32,000 bases of DNA from Candidatus Hermodarchaeota archaeon (GTDB lineage: Archaea > Asgardarchaeota > Heimdallarchaeia > Hodarchaeales > Hodarchaeaceae): positions 262,359 through 294,358 of the forward strand of contig JBHLKY010000002.1 in assembly GCA_048886185.1 (NCBI GenBank), given 5' to 3'. The notes below the pieces were generated by a model. It saw only the letters and a program-made list of their open reading frames with translations. It was not told the DNA's origin and did no database searches. Made by a program: the position numbers and the translations under genes. Shown here one piece after another: positions 8,754 to 17,678 of the stretch. Within the stretch, counting starts at the first letter, position 1, and every line of letters begins with the position of its first letter.

Positions 8754-9710
8754 ATGGAATCTAAAAGGAAAATGAAAGCAGTAGCATGGACAAGTTATGG
8801 CCCACCAGAGGTTCTTAAACTTGAAGAGGTAGATATTCCCACTCCCAAGGATAACGAAGTTTTAATAAAAGTATATACGACAACAGTACACAGAGGAGAT
8901 ACTAGAATGCGTAAGCTAGATGTTGGAGGCCCATTTTTTACTCCTATTCTCGCACGAATATACTTTGGTATTAGAAAGCCCAAGTTGAGATTAGGAATGG
9001 AACTAGCTGGAGAAATTGTGGATGTTGGAATAGATGTTACCAAATTTAAGATAGGTGACAAAGTTTGGGCAGCAACCCTGTGGGATGGCTTTGGAGGATA
9101 CGTAGAGTATAAAACAATGAATGAAGACGGGATATTGACTTCAATGCCTTCAAACATGACCTTTGAAGAAGCTGCTGTTATACCTGCAGGAGGAATTACC
9201 ACATTAGGGATTATTAAAATGGCAAATATCCAAAATGGGCAAAAAATGCTTATCTACGGTGCTTCTGGAAGTGTTGGAACTTTTGCTGTTCAATTTGCCA
9301 AATCGCTTGGCGCTGAAGTTACTGGAGTATGTAGTACTTCAAACTTAGAATTTGTCAAATCATTAGGAGCAGATAAAGTGATTGATTACAAAACCACTGA
9401 TTTCACTAAAATGGATGAAAACTATGATATCATTTTTGACGCTGTAGACTTGTTTAAAGGTGATTATAAGAAATCCTTAAAGGAATCAGGAATCTATCTT
9501 AACGTTGATAAATCCTCAGATAAAATAAAAAAAGACAATGCGCTCCCCCTTCTCAAAGACCTTAAAGAAATTTGTGAGGCTGGAAAACTAAAAGCAGTGA
9601 TCGATAGACGCTATCGATTAGAGCAGATTGTCGAGGCTCATCGTTACGTTGACACTGGTAGAAAGAAGGGCAATGTTGTCATTACTGTCATACGAAATAA
9701 TGAAACCTAA
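8754..9710 (+). CDS. MDR-family NAD(P)-dependent oxidoreductase, quinone-reductase-like (copy 2)
   Basis: MKAVAWTSYGPPEVL, GMELAG, GASGSVG, AHRYVDTGRKKGNVV; ATG 8754 preferred over GTG 8745 because GGTGA precedes it, as for copy 1. Confidence 0.92.
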   Translation: MESKRKMKAVAWTSYGPPEVLKLEEVDIPTPKDNEVLIKVYTTTVHRGDTRMRKLDVGGPFFTPILARIYFGIRKPKLRLGMELAGEIVDVGIDVTKFKIGDKVWAATLWDGFGGYVEYKTMNEDGILTSMPSNMTFEEAAVIPAGGITTLGIIKMANIQNGQKMLIYGASGSVGTFAVQFAKSLGAEVTGVCSTSNLEFVKSLGADKVIDYKTTDFTKMDENYDIIFDAVDLFKGDYKKSLKESGIYLNVDKSSDKIKKDNALPLLKDLKEICEAGKLKAVIDRRYRLEQIVEAHRYVDTGRKKGNVVITVIRNNET

Positions 9711-9786
9711 CAAAACAGTACACTCAACCGTTTGTTAATTTCTTTCCGATTTAATACCACACGAATTTAGGATTGGTGAACTTGAA

Positions 9787-10527
9787 ATGGAGAAAAAATA
9801 TGGTAAAAATAGATCCGTATTGGGTTATTATTTTAAAAACACGCTTAGATATTGGAGAAAAACCTTCAAGATGATGTTTTTCTATGGAAAATCGGAATGG
9901 TCTGAAATTACTGTGGATGAATTACGTGATCGCTTAAATTCCAATAAAACACCGTTAATACTTGATATTCGTACAGTAAAGGAATATTCAGACGGGCACA
10001 TTCCAGCTGCAAGGCAAATTTACATTACGGATATAAAATCGAATTTAGAGGATCTAGAGCACTTTAAAGGAGATGAAATAGTCACTATTTGTCCAGGAGG
10101 AGGATTATCCCTGGTTGCTGTTGATATCTTGGTGGATGCGGATTTCAAAGACGTTAAGAGCCTTAAAGGAGGTATGGATCTGTGGATTGAGAAAGGATAT
10201 CCTACAACTACAGCTGATGAATTCTTTTACCCCTCTAAAAAGGAAAAAATGAAAGTAACTGAAGAAGAACAGTATTTGCAGGAAAAGTACATAGGTAAAA
10301 TTCACCATTCTCTAGATGCACGTGGCTTAAGTTGTCCGCAACCTATTTTGAAATCGGTCAAATCTTTGAGAGAATTAGATATTGGCCAAGTATTGGAAAT
10401 TCTAACTACTGATCCTGGTAGTAAAGCTGATATACCTGCATGGGTACGTTCAACTGGCCATAAACTCTTAGTCTCAGAGGAATGTGGTTCCAAAGATTTC
10501 CGTTTTCTTGTTAAGCGAATGAAATAA
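9787..10527 (+). CDS. Rhodanese-TusA/SirA fusion sulfurtransferase (copy 2)
   Basis: ILDIR, GHIP, TICPGGGLS, LKGGM..W; TusA DARGLSCPQP; ends RFLVKRMK like copy 1. Confidence 0.9.
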   Translation: MEKKYGKNRSVLGYYFKNTLRYWRKTFKMMFFYGKSEWSEITVDELRDRLNSNKTPLILDIRTVKEYSDGHIPAARQIYITDIKSNLEDLEHFKGDEIVTICPGGGLSLVAVDILVDADFKDVKSLKGGMDLWIEKGYPTTTADEFFYPSKKEKMKVTEEEQYLQEKYIGKIHHSLDARGLSCPQPILKSVKSLRELDIGQVLEILTTDPGSKADIPAWVRSTGHKLLVSEECGSKDFRFLVKRMK

Positions 10528-11219
10528 AGTTAAATCATAATTGGTACAGGAATGGTAGCATATCTAACATCAGAAATCTTAAAGGATTGGTAGAAGAGAA
10601 CAGGGTCTTCGAAATATTATTCTATATTCCTCTTCATCTTAGTATGTTTGAACTCGTTCTAACTGCTTTTCTCACTCATCTGGATAGAGAAGACCGAGCT
10701 TGGCCTCTTAACATTTGTATATCAGTATAATCTCTCAGTCCAAGCCATTAAATGTCGCGATGACTGATAACTAAGAATTAAGCACCTTGTGACGATTTCT
10801 TTTTTTTCTTATCTTACTGTCAGAATAATAATATAAAAAATAATTTAAAACCAACAATCAATCTAATAAGCATTTGTAAGATGAAGTTAATTTGTACTAT
10901 TGAGTGTGAATCGGCATTCTTACAGTATAAGATATTATTCACACATTCTGAGACATAAAAGTAGTAAGTAAAATTATTAAAATCAGTAGATATTCATTTT
11001 CGCCTTGATACCAGTCATATCTATACTTGGATATTTGATATTTTTATCAAGAAAAGACAAGGAGAGAAGTAAACATCAGTAAGTACTGAAGCGAGAAATA
11101 TAATTGAGTAATTGATGTCTAATCGGTCTTCTATTGAATTAAACATAAAGCAAATGCAGATGACGACAGAGTCAATACCATTGCTAACTTAAATACTTCT
11201 ATCCCTAAAAGTTCATTTA

Positions 11220-12365
11220 TCACAGTTCTGTTACTTTCTCAAGATCGTAGGGGTAACTTGTTAAAGTTAATGGTTTATCTTTGCCAATTACAACCGTATC
11301 TTCTATTCTCACACCCCAAGTCTTGGTATAGATCCCACAATTACCAATGGCAATAGGAATGTTTTTTACTAGAGGTGGAGGAGCTTTTTCACCATGAAAG
11401 AAGGCATGACCAGGTGGTAAGGGAGCTTCTTCGAAGTTTATTCCAATACCATGAATGGGTGGGCCAAAGATGTTGTTTCCATACCCCGCATCTTGTATTA
11501 CACCATGAAGTGTTTTTTCAAGCTCAACCATTCCGATTCCAGTAATAGCTTTTGCTATAGTGATTTTTAATGCTTCTAGGTATACTTCATATGCCTTGAG
11601 TTGTTGAGTAGATGGTTTTCCAACACAAGCCATCCGACAGATATCCGATGAATAGTTGTTTACGATTGGATGAAAGTCGATCATTATGATATCTCCAACT
11701 TGAACCCTGTAATTGGTTGGAATGCCATGAGCAATGCGTGTTCTTATACCACTCGCCACGTAAGAACGCCAAAAGCCTTCAGCCCCAGCTTGACGCATAG
11801 CATATTCACCTTCTCCTGCGATTTGACTTTCAGTTATACCAGCTTTAATTGAAGCTATTGCAGCTTCCATTCCAATATCAGCAATTTTAGCAGCTTCCTG
11901 CATCAGTTTAATTTCGATAGGCTCCTTAATCATCCTCATTTGGGACAAGATATTCGTACAATCTTTGACTGTTACCATATCAGGTTTAGCGTGTGGATGA
12001 GTCATCATACCAAGCATCGACTTAGTTAGAAAAGTATATTCCATACCAACTGTGCCTTTACTGATCTCGAATTGTTTAAAAAAATTGGCTATGGAATGAA
12101 TCATTCCTATTTCATCTCTAAAAGTAGCAAGATGATCGAAGCGTGCTAATTCTCGCACATCGTCTTTATCTGTTTCTGGTACTCCAAGTGCGACTTGCCC
12201 ATCCACAGTAATCATAGTATAAGCACATAGACGTCCGTCACCAGTCAAAAAATACATGTTAGAGGGTTTGGTCAAAAGTAGAAGATCTAAATCTTCATTA
12301 ATCATAAGTTGATTGCATTTCTCTATCCGTTTTTCAAATACTTGCTTATTAATGGTATATTCCAT
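11220..12365 (-). CDS. Xaa-Pro aminopeptidase/dipeptidase family (M24B)
   Basis: Creatinase-like N-domain, RMIKEPIEI, metal-ligand motifs IDFH, SSD, HGIG, E, RIED. Confidence 0.9.
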   Translation of the reverse strand: MEYTINKQVFEKRIEKCNQLMINEDLDLLLLTKPSNMYFLTGDGRLCAYTMITVDGQVALGVPETDKDDVRELARFDHLATFRDEIGMIHSIANFFKQFEISKGTVGMEYTFLTKSMLGMMTHPHAKPDMVTVKDCTNILSQMRMIKEPIEIKLMQEAAKIADIGMEAAIASIKAGITESQIAGEGEYAMRQAGAEGFWRSYVASGIRTRIAHGIPTNYRVQVGDIIMIDFHPIVNNYSSDICRMACVGKPSTQQLKAYEVYLEALKITIAKAITGIGMVELEKTLHGVIQDAGYGNNIFGPPIHGIGINFEEAPLPPGHAFFHGEKAPPPLVKNIPIAIGNCGIYTKTWGVRIEDTVVIGKDKPLTLTSYPYDLEKVTEL

Positions 12366-12422
12366 CTTAAATGCACTTCTTTAAATAATTTGAATAGGTA
12401 CTTCTTGTTTAGCTGATACAAC

Positions 12423-13607
12423 TCACTTTAATATCCCTAGCTCTTGATGTTTAGTCACTATAACATCAATTAACCGATCAATTGCGTGGAAATCCTCTTC
12501 ATTAGGTTTACCTTTAATTACTACAGGTTCGAGTAATTCAACCTTAAGATTAGGTAGCAAGCTCACAATCTGATCCACAAGCTTTCCCTTCCACCCATAG
12601 GAACCAATAACAGTAGCAAATTTCGCTTTGGGTCGTATGAGATTTGCAAGGTAGGTCCCATAGATAACAGCTGGATGTGCTCCTGTGAGAACCGTGGGTG
12701 AACCAATGACGATCGTGGCAGCATCGACAAGCGCCATTGCCAACTCACCAATGTCAGTAGTAGTCAACATAAATGGTTTGACTATTATTCCTTTTTTAAT
12801 AAGTCCTTCCGCAAGATATTTCACCAACTTCTCCGTACTACCGTACATAGAGACATAGGGGATAACTACCTCGTTTTTCACGGCATCAGAGACCCAATCT
12901 TTGTAGGCATCAATGATGAAACTTGGTTCATTATAGATTAATCCATGACTTGTAGCCACTAGGTCAAAATCTATGTTCCTAATAATTTCCAAATGTTTTT
13001 CAATTATCTTTCTAAAGGGCATCATTATTTCCGCATAATATCGTTTTGCCGCGTTATACACTCGAGTATCATTAGTGGAATAAATCTCACTAGAAGCAAT
13101 ATGATTTCCCAAGAAATCACAAGTGAAGAGGATTTTTTCTTCAGGTAAATAAGTAAACATGGTTTCTGGCCAGTGAACCCATGGCGCAACGATGAATTTT
13201 AATGTATAATTTCCTAAATCAAGTGTACTCCCATCTGTTACTGTAAGAAATTGTTCTGTAGGAATATGAAGTAAATCTACTAGAATATCCTTGCATTTTT
13301 CAGTACAAACAACTTTTGCATCAGAATATATTTCTAATACGGCTGGGATAGCTCCTGAATGATCAGGCTCAGCATGATTAGCAATGATATAGTCAAGCTT
13401 GCTTAAAGCTAAATCACGCAAATCTTTTAGGAAAGGCTCAATTTTCCTGATATCCGAGGAATCAATCAACGCTATTTGATCTGTTCCTTTAATAACATAT
13501 GCATTATAACTCGTCCCATCGGGTAAAGGAATCAGTTCATCAAACAGACGTCTTTCCCAATCTAGTGTACTCAACATGTGAATATGTGGTTTTAATTCAA
13601 CTAACAT
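12423..13607 (-). CDS. fprA: Flavodiiron protein (FprA; MBL fold plus flavodoxin domain), likely O2/NO reductase
   Basis: GTSYNAY, NHAEPDHSG, VHWPE, CDFLG, SHG, flavodoxin SMYGSTE and GSYGW; ATG 13607 has a GAAGGAG SD (the ORF track start is 13634). Confidence 0.93.
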   Translation of the reverse strand: MLVELKPHIHMLSTLDWERRLFDELIPLPDGTSYNAYVIKGTDQIALIDSSDIRKIEPFLKDLRDLALSKLDYIIANHAEPDHSGAIPAVLEIYSDAKVVCTEKCKDILVDLLHIPTEQFLTVTDGSTLDLGNYTLKFIVAPWVHWPETMFTYLPEEKILFTCDFLGNHIASSEIYSTNDTRVYNAAKRYYAEIMMPFRKIIEKHLEIIRNIDFDLVATSHGLIYNEPSFIIDAYKDWVSDAVKNEVVIPYVSMYGSTEKLVKYLAEGLIKKGIIVKPFMLTTTDIGELAMALVDAATIVIGSPTVLTGAHPAVIYGTYLANLIRPKAKFATVIGSYGWKGKLVDQIVSLLPNLKVELLEPVVIKGKPNEEDFHAIDRLIDVIVTKHQELGILK

Positions 13608-13745
13608 TTTTTCTCCTTCTTGAATCTGTATCAATGAATTCCAAAATTTCTGGATTTAAATCCATTTCAAGTTTTTTTGTATACTCACCCATTGTATATA
13701 TTTTTCTTAGTCTGTTTTTTAACTTAACATTCATCATCCAATATT

Positions 13746-14513
13746 ATGGCGGAATTTACACCTAGCGATATCGGGAGTCAATTAAAAATAGCTGGAAGAT
13801 TAGATTCACAACCATTGTGCGTCTATGGAGCAGACTCTCCCCCCGTTGACTCTATTCCATCTGTTGACATGAATCGGTGCATTGCTAAGGCTATTTTTTC
13901 ATTGGCTACTGAATCGGATAACTCAATAATCCATATTGGAAGGAACAAAACGAAAGAATGCTGTCCTGGGGGGCAGGCTTGGTTTGGTTTCCAGTCATTC
14001 ATGACTCACTTGAACTCCTTTCTGTCTACAGGATCCCCTTCTTTTCGGAATGGCCGCTCTGAGTTTCTCATAGCTACTCCCGATTTAGCAGAAAAAAGAT
14101 TACAATCTATTGGTAAAATTACTCCCCTAGGAAAATACATTATAATTCAGAGGAGTGATCACATAGATGTAGTGAATTCTAAATTAAAGCTATTTTTATG
14201 CTTTGGAAATGCTGAACAGATAAGAAATCTCTGTTCGTTAGTATATTTTGGTTCACAAACTGCTCACGAAATCTATTTTCCTTGGGGGCCATCATGTGCC
14301 TCATTTATTTCTTACCCTGCAGGAATGATTGAAAATTGTCCTAACAATGCTGTTATTCTAGGACCCACGGATCCTACAGGAAATTATTGGTTTCCTCAAG
14401 ATTATTTATCGATGGGAATTCCTTTCATCATTGCTAAGAAAATGGCTGAAGATTTAGCCTCTTCTTTTATCATGAAACGCCCTAAAGTAGCTTATCCCAT
14501 ACAAAGAGAATAG
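13746..14513 (+). CDS. DUF169-family protein
   Basis: P..VYG, RCIAKA, CCPGG..WFGF, AEQIRNL..L, WGPSCAS, GPTDP pattern. Confidence 0.7.
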   Translation: MAEFTPSDIGSQLKIAGRLDSQPLCVYGADSPPVDSIPSVDMNRCIAKAIFSLATESDNSIIHIGRNKTKECCPGGQAWFGFQSFMTHLNSFLSTGSPSFRNGRSEFLIATPDLAEKRLQSIGKITPLGKYIIIQRSDHIDVVNSKLKLFLCFGNAEQIRNLCSLVYFGSQTAHEIYFPWGPSCASFISYPAGMIENCPNNAVILGPTDPTGNYWFPQDYLSMGIPFIIAKKMAEDLASSFIMKRPKVAYPIQRE

Positions 14514-14685
14514 TATTCAACAAATGTTAATCATCTTTGTATTCAAATATTAACTAATGAGAGAATCACCAGATTTGTTTATCTTTCCTTGCTTTTTTTT
14601 TCATTAAGGAGAATTTCTTTAGTTCACCTTATTAACTCTTACTCATATAGTACACAGAGTATAAACCCCTAGGGGTGTGATATAG

Positions 14686-15255
14686 TTGCTCTTTGGCTTA
14701 ATTGGAGGATGCACAATGGGTGAGAGAATACCTCATGAATCTCAAACGACTCATATTGTGTTCTTTAATTATTCTCTTTGTTGTCTTCCTTCAGTAGATG
14801 AAATGATAGGGGGATTGGATGAAGCGTGGCGAGTTCTGACGCCACTAGGGATATTAGTCAATTTTTATCCATTCATATCGCCATCACAACTTTTTACCCA
14901 GATCAATACAGCAGAACAGATGATAGCTACTCCAATTTTTGAGAGTATGAGATTTGATGAGGGGTATGCGTTCAAAAATGCAGTAATTTTGAGGGGATTT
15001 GAGCTTTTTACTGAAGAACACATAACAGTGAAATCCTTTTATTCAACGCAAATCACGGCAATGGAAGAAATATTGACAAGAAGAAGTGTAGAATATCTAG
15101 GATTTGACCAATGTCTTAATTATTCTATTTCCAAAATGATTGGGCTGTTTGTAACAACCCAAAAGAAACCAAAATGGTTTCCATTTCGAAAAGATGATTA
15201 TTTCACACTCATATGCCAGATTTTTGTAAAGCGGAGTTGTCAAACGAAAAACTAA
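14686..15255 (+). pseudogene. Partial or degenerate class I SAM-dependent methyltransferase lacking motif I
   Basis: ERIPHESQTTHIVFFNYSLCC...LDEAWRVLTPLGIL resembles the post-motif II/III region; no GxGxG motif and a weak TTG start. Confidence 0.45.
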
Positions 15256-15830
15256 AAGAATTGATACCAGTATATGTTTTAATCAATTCTTAATCATTTT
15301 ATTTCTTTATCTAACGTATCAATAAGAATAAAACTATGTTACATCTAGTTCTATTATCTAAAATTAAACTTAAAACTGTGAAATTTCCCTCAAAATCACA
15401 ATCATAACTGGTAAATATATATCCCATTAAATTTGATATTCTTCCTCTTTTTCTCATCGTATTACAACCTCCTCCCTTGAATAAAAATGGAGGAAGAATT
15501 GTTACAGAAAGAATCCCTCCAATAGTAGTTAATCTAGGTATATTAAATAAAAGAGGAAATTACAAAGGTTATTTACCTTTTTTTCCTAGTTAAGAATACT
15601 GGAGGAGAGGTTGGCCAATAAGGATAGGGATGATACTAGAATTCTTGTTTAACGACCTGGAGGAATGCTTATGAGTTTAAAAAAGGTGAAGGAGAAACCT
15701 CCAAAAGGCCAAAACTTGTTTTAAAACGTAAAATTATTTAAGGATTTAGATTGTGGAATAAGTAAGCTTTTAAGAGTTGGAATGATATAATGAAACAAAT
15801 TCTACTCATATGCACAAGGTTTTGTAAGTT

Positions 15831-16643
15831 GTGAGAAGTGTAAAACAATGTCAATATTGTGGAAGAGTACTTACAGATTATAGTACTTTAACTATCTTAT
15901 GGTCTTATATAATCGCTAGAGATCATCCTCGTCGAGCATGGTTTGAAGGTTATTGCTCTGGTGGATGCCTAACAAGAGATCGCATGAATAAGAATCCACT
16001 AAAACCTTTTATGATATCTATGGGATTGATTTTGGTCGCTTTTGTCATCTTTTCATATTATGAGTTTTATAATGACGAAAACCTATTTCCATTCTGGTGG
16101 GGTTTTCATATTATATTTAGATCATTAGATCTATTTCTCTCTTGGATTATTGGAAACATTATCTTGATATACGGTTTTTTCTCCTTATTTGTTAATATCT
16201 ATTACTTTTTTTCAGAGAGATTAAGATCTAAAAGTGAAAAAATATCTATTGAACACCAGATCAGAGATGTAGAACATGATCTCGATACTGCCAAACAAGA
16301 AATAAATGCAAGAAATTTTAAAGATGCTATCGCGAGACTTAAGAATTTAGAGAGCAACCTACTCCTTACACCTGATGGGAAAAAGAGGATGCGATCCTTA
16401 CTTGCTCAATGTTATTTCCAGCAAAAAGACTATCCAGATGCATATTATAATTTACAACTACTAGCAAGACAATCCCAATTGACCATAAATGATTATATTA
16501 GAAAAATCCAATGTGAGAGCTATTTAGATTTACCTCAACAAAGACACCAAACATTAGAGGAGGCTTTTGTGAAATTTCCTGGCCATCCTGAGCTGAAAGT
16601 CCTCATGATTGAGAAAAATGGAATAAATAACGTTAAAATGTAA
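15831..16643 (+). CDS. Membrane protein: N-terminal Cys4 Zn-finger, 2 TM segments, C-terminal TPR-like helices
   Basis: CQYC...YCSGGC, two hydrophobic segments, LLAQCYFQQKDYPDAYYNL. Confidence 0.75.
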   Translation: MRSVKQCQYCGRVLTDYSTLTILWSYIIARDHPRRAWFEGYCSGGCLTRDRMNKNPLKPFMISMGLILVAFVIFSYYEFYNDENLFPFWWGFHIIFRSLDLFLSWIIGNIILIYGFFSLFVNIYYFFSERLRSKSEKISIEHQIRDVEHDLDTAKQEINARNFKDAIARLKNLESNLLLTPDGKKRMRSLLAQCYFQQKDYPDAYYNLQLLARQSQLTINDYIRKIQCESYLDLPQQRHQTLEEAFVKFPGHPELKVLMIEKNGINNVKM

Positions 16644-16688
16644 TACAATTTGCATTAAGTCTTGAAAGGAAGGTCTTAGGGGCCTAGG

Positions 16689-17450
16689 ATGAAGGTTAAG
16701 AAAATAACTTTAGACGATTTGGATTCAACTTATTGTTGTGTGAACGAAGCACACCCTGGTGCATTATGGACCAAAGGTTTACCTGAAGCTAGAGAATGGT
16801 TTAAAGCACACTTAAATAACGAAGTTGAGGGATATCATTTATTTGATGGAGACAAAGTTGTAGGGTTCATATATTATTCAACATCAGAAAGAGCTCTTGT
16901 TCCCTACGAAATTGAACCACGAGTAGCCTGTATTTATTGCACAGAAATACTACGTGACTATAAGCACAAGGGAAATGGTAAATTGATGTTTGATTATGTA
17001 AAGACTGATCTATTTACAAATAGATTTAAAGGTATAATGGTTGCTGCTACTGATTTTAAAGAATGGATGTATTATGAACTCTTTCTCAAACAAAAATTTC
17101 AGGTAATTAAAGAATGTACTCCCTATAAAGTAATGTATTTTCCTCTCTTACAACAAAACATCGATGTTAGTCCTTTAGAAATAAATTTTACTCCAATGGG
17201 GGATAGGATCGAAATAACATTATTTAAACATTTTTTCTGTCCTGCAGGAGTTTACATGTATAATTTAATAAAAAAAGTTGCCAATAAATTTGAGGATAAG
17301 GTTAATTTAATAGAAATGGAAGCAACAACGCATACAATGAAAAAATATGGAACAATAGAGCCTTTAATCAACGGTAAAATAAAAATATTGGGGCCTACTT
17401 CTGAAGAAGAAGTAATAAAATCTATCCAAGAAGAAATTGATCAATTCTAG
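16689..17450 (+). CDS. GNAT N-acetyltransferase with C-terminal thioredoxin-like region (YoaP-like)
   Basis: N-terminal YCC, acetyl-CoA motif YKHKGNGKLM, C-terminal FFCP. Confidence 0.75.
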   Translation: MKVKKITLDDLDSTYCCVNEAHPGALWTKGLPEAREWFKAHLNNEVEGYHLFDGDKVVGFIYYSTSERALVPYEIEPRVACIYCTEILRDYKHKGNGKLMFDYVKTDLFTNRFKGIMVAATDFKEWMYYELFLKQKFQVIKECTPYKVMYFPLLQQNIDVSPLEINFTPMGDRIEITLFKHFFCPAGVYMYNLIKKVANKFEDKVNLIEMEATTHTMKKYGTIEPLINGKIKILGPTSEEEVIKSIQEEIDQF

Positions 17451-17481
17451 TAGTGTTCTCGTAAAGCTGGTGAGAGGAAGA

Positions 17482-17577
17482 ATGATATTAGAAGAAAAGT
17501 TGATGACTCAGATATTTGGGGAAGAATCTCTAGACCAAATGAAACACACAAAGCCAGGAATTCCTTTTATTTACTAA
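17482..17577 (+). pseudogene. C-terminal remnant resembling the isoprenylcysteine carboxyl methyltransferase (ICMT/PEMT) family
   Basis: MILEEKLMTQIFGEESLDQMKHTKPGIPFIY* resembles the family's EE..L...FGEEY..Y....P..IP C-terminus. Confidence 0.4.
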
Positions 17578-17678
17578 AATATCATGTCTTGGAGTCCTGA
17601 AATGCCTAAAAGAAACTATAACGACTGACATGAATAAAAAAACTAGATATAGGAAGATAATCGCAATTAGGGGATCTC

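Noticed and set aside
7979-9202. Antisense ORFs 7979-8359 and 8795-9202, and similar short ORFs nested in long genes (e.g. 292-504, 2640-2837, 11587-11772, 23364-23702, 29261-29515, 31546-31785)
   Set aside because: Shadow frames of well-supported genes, with no motifs of their own.
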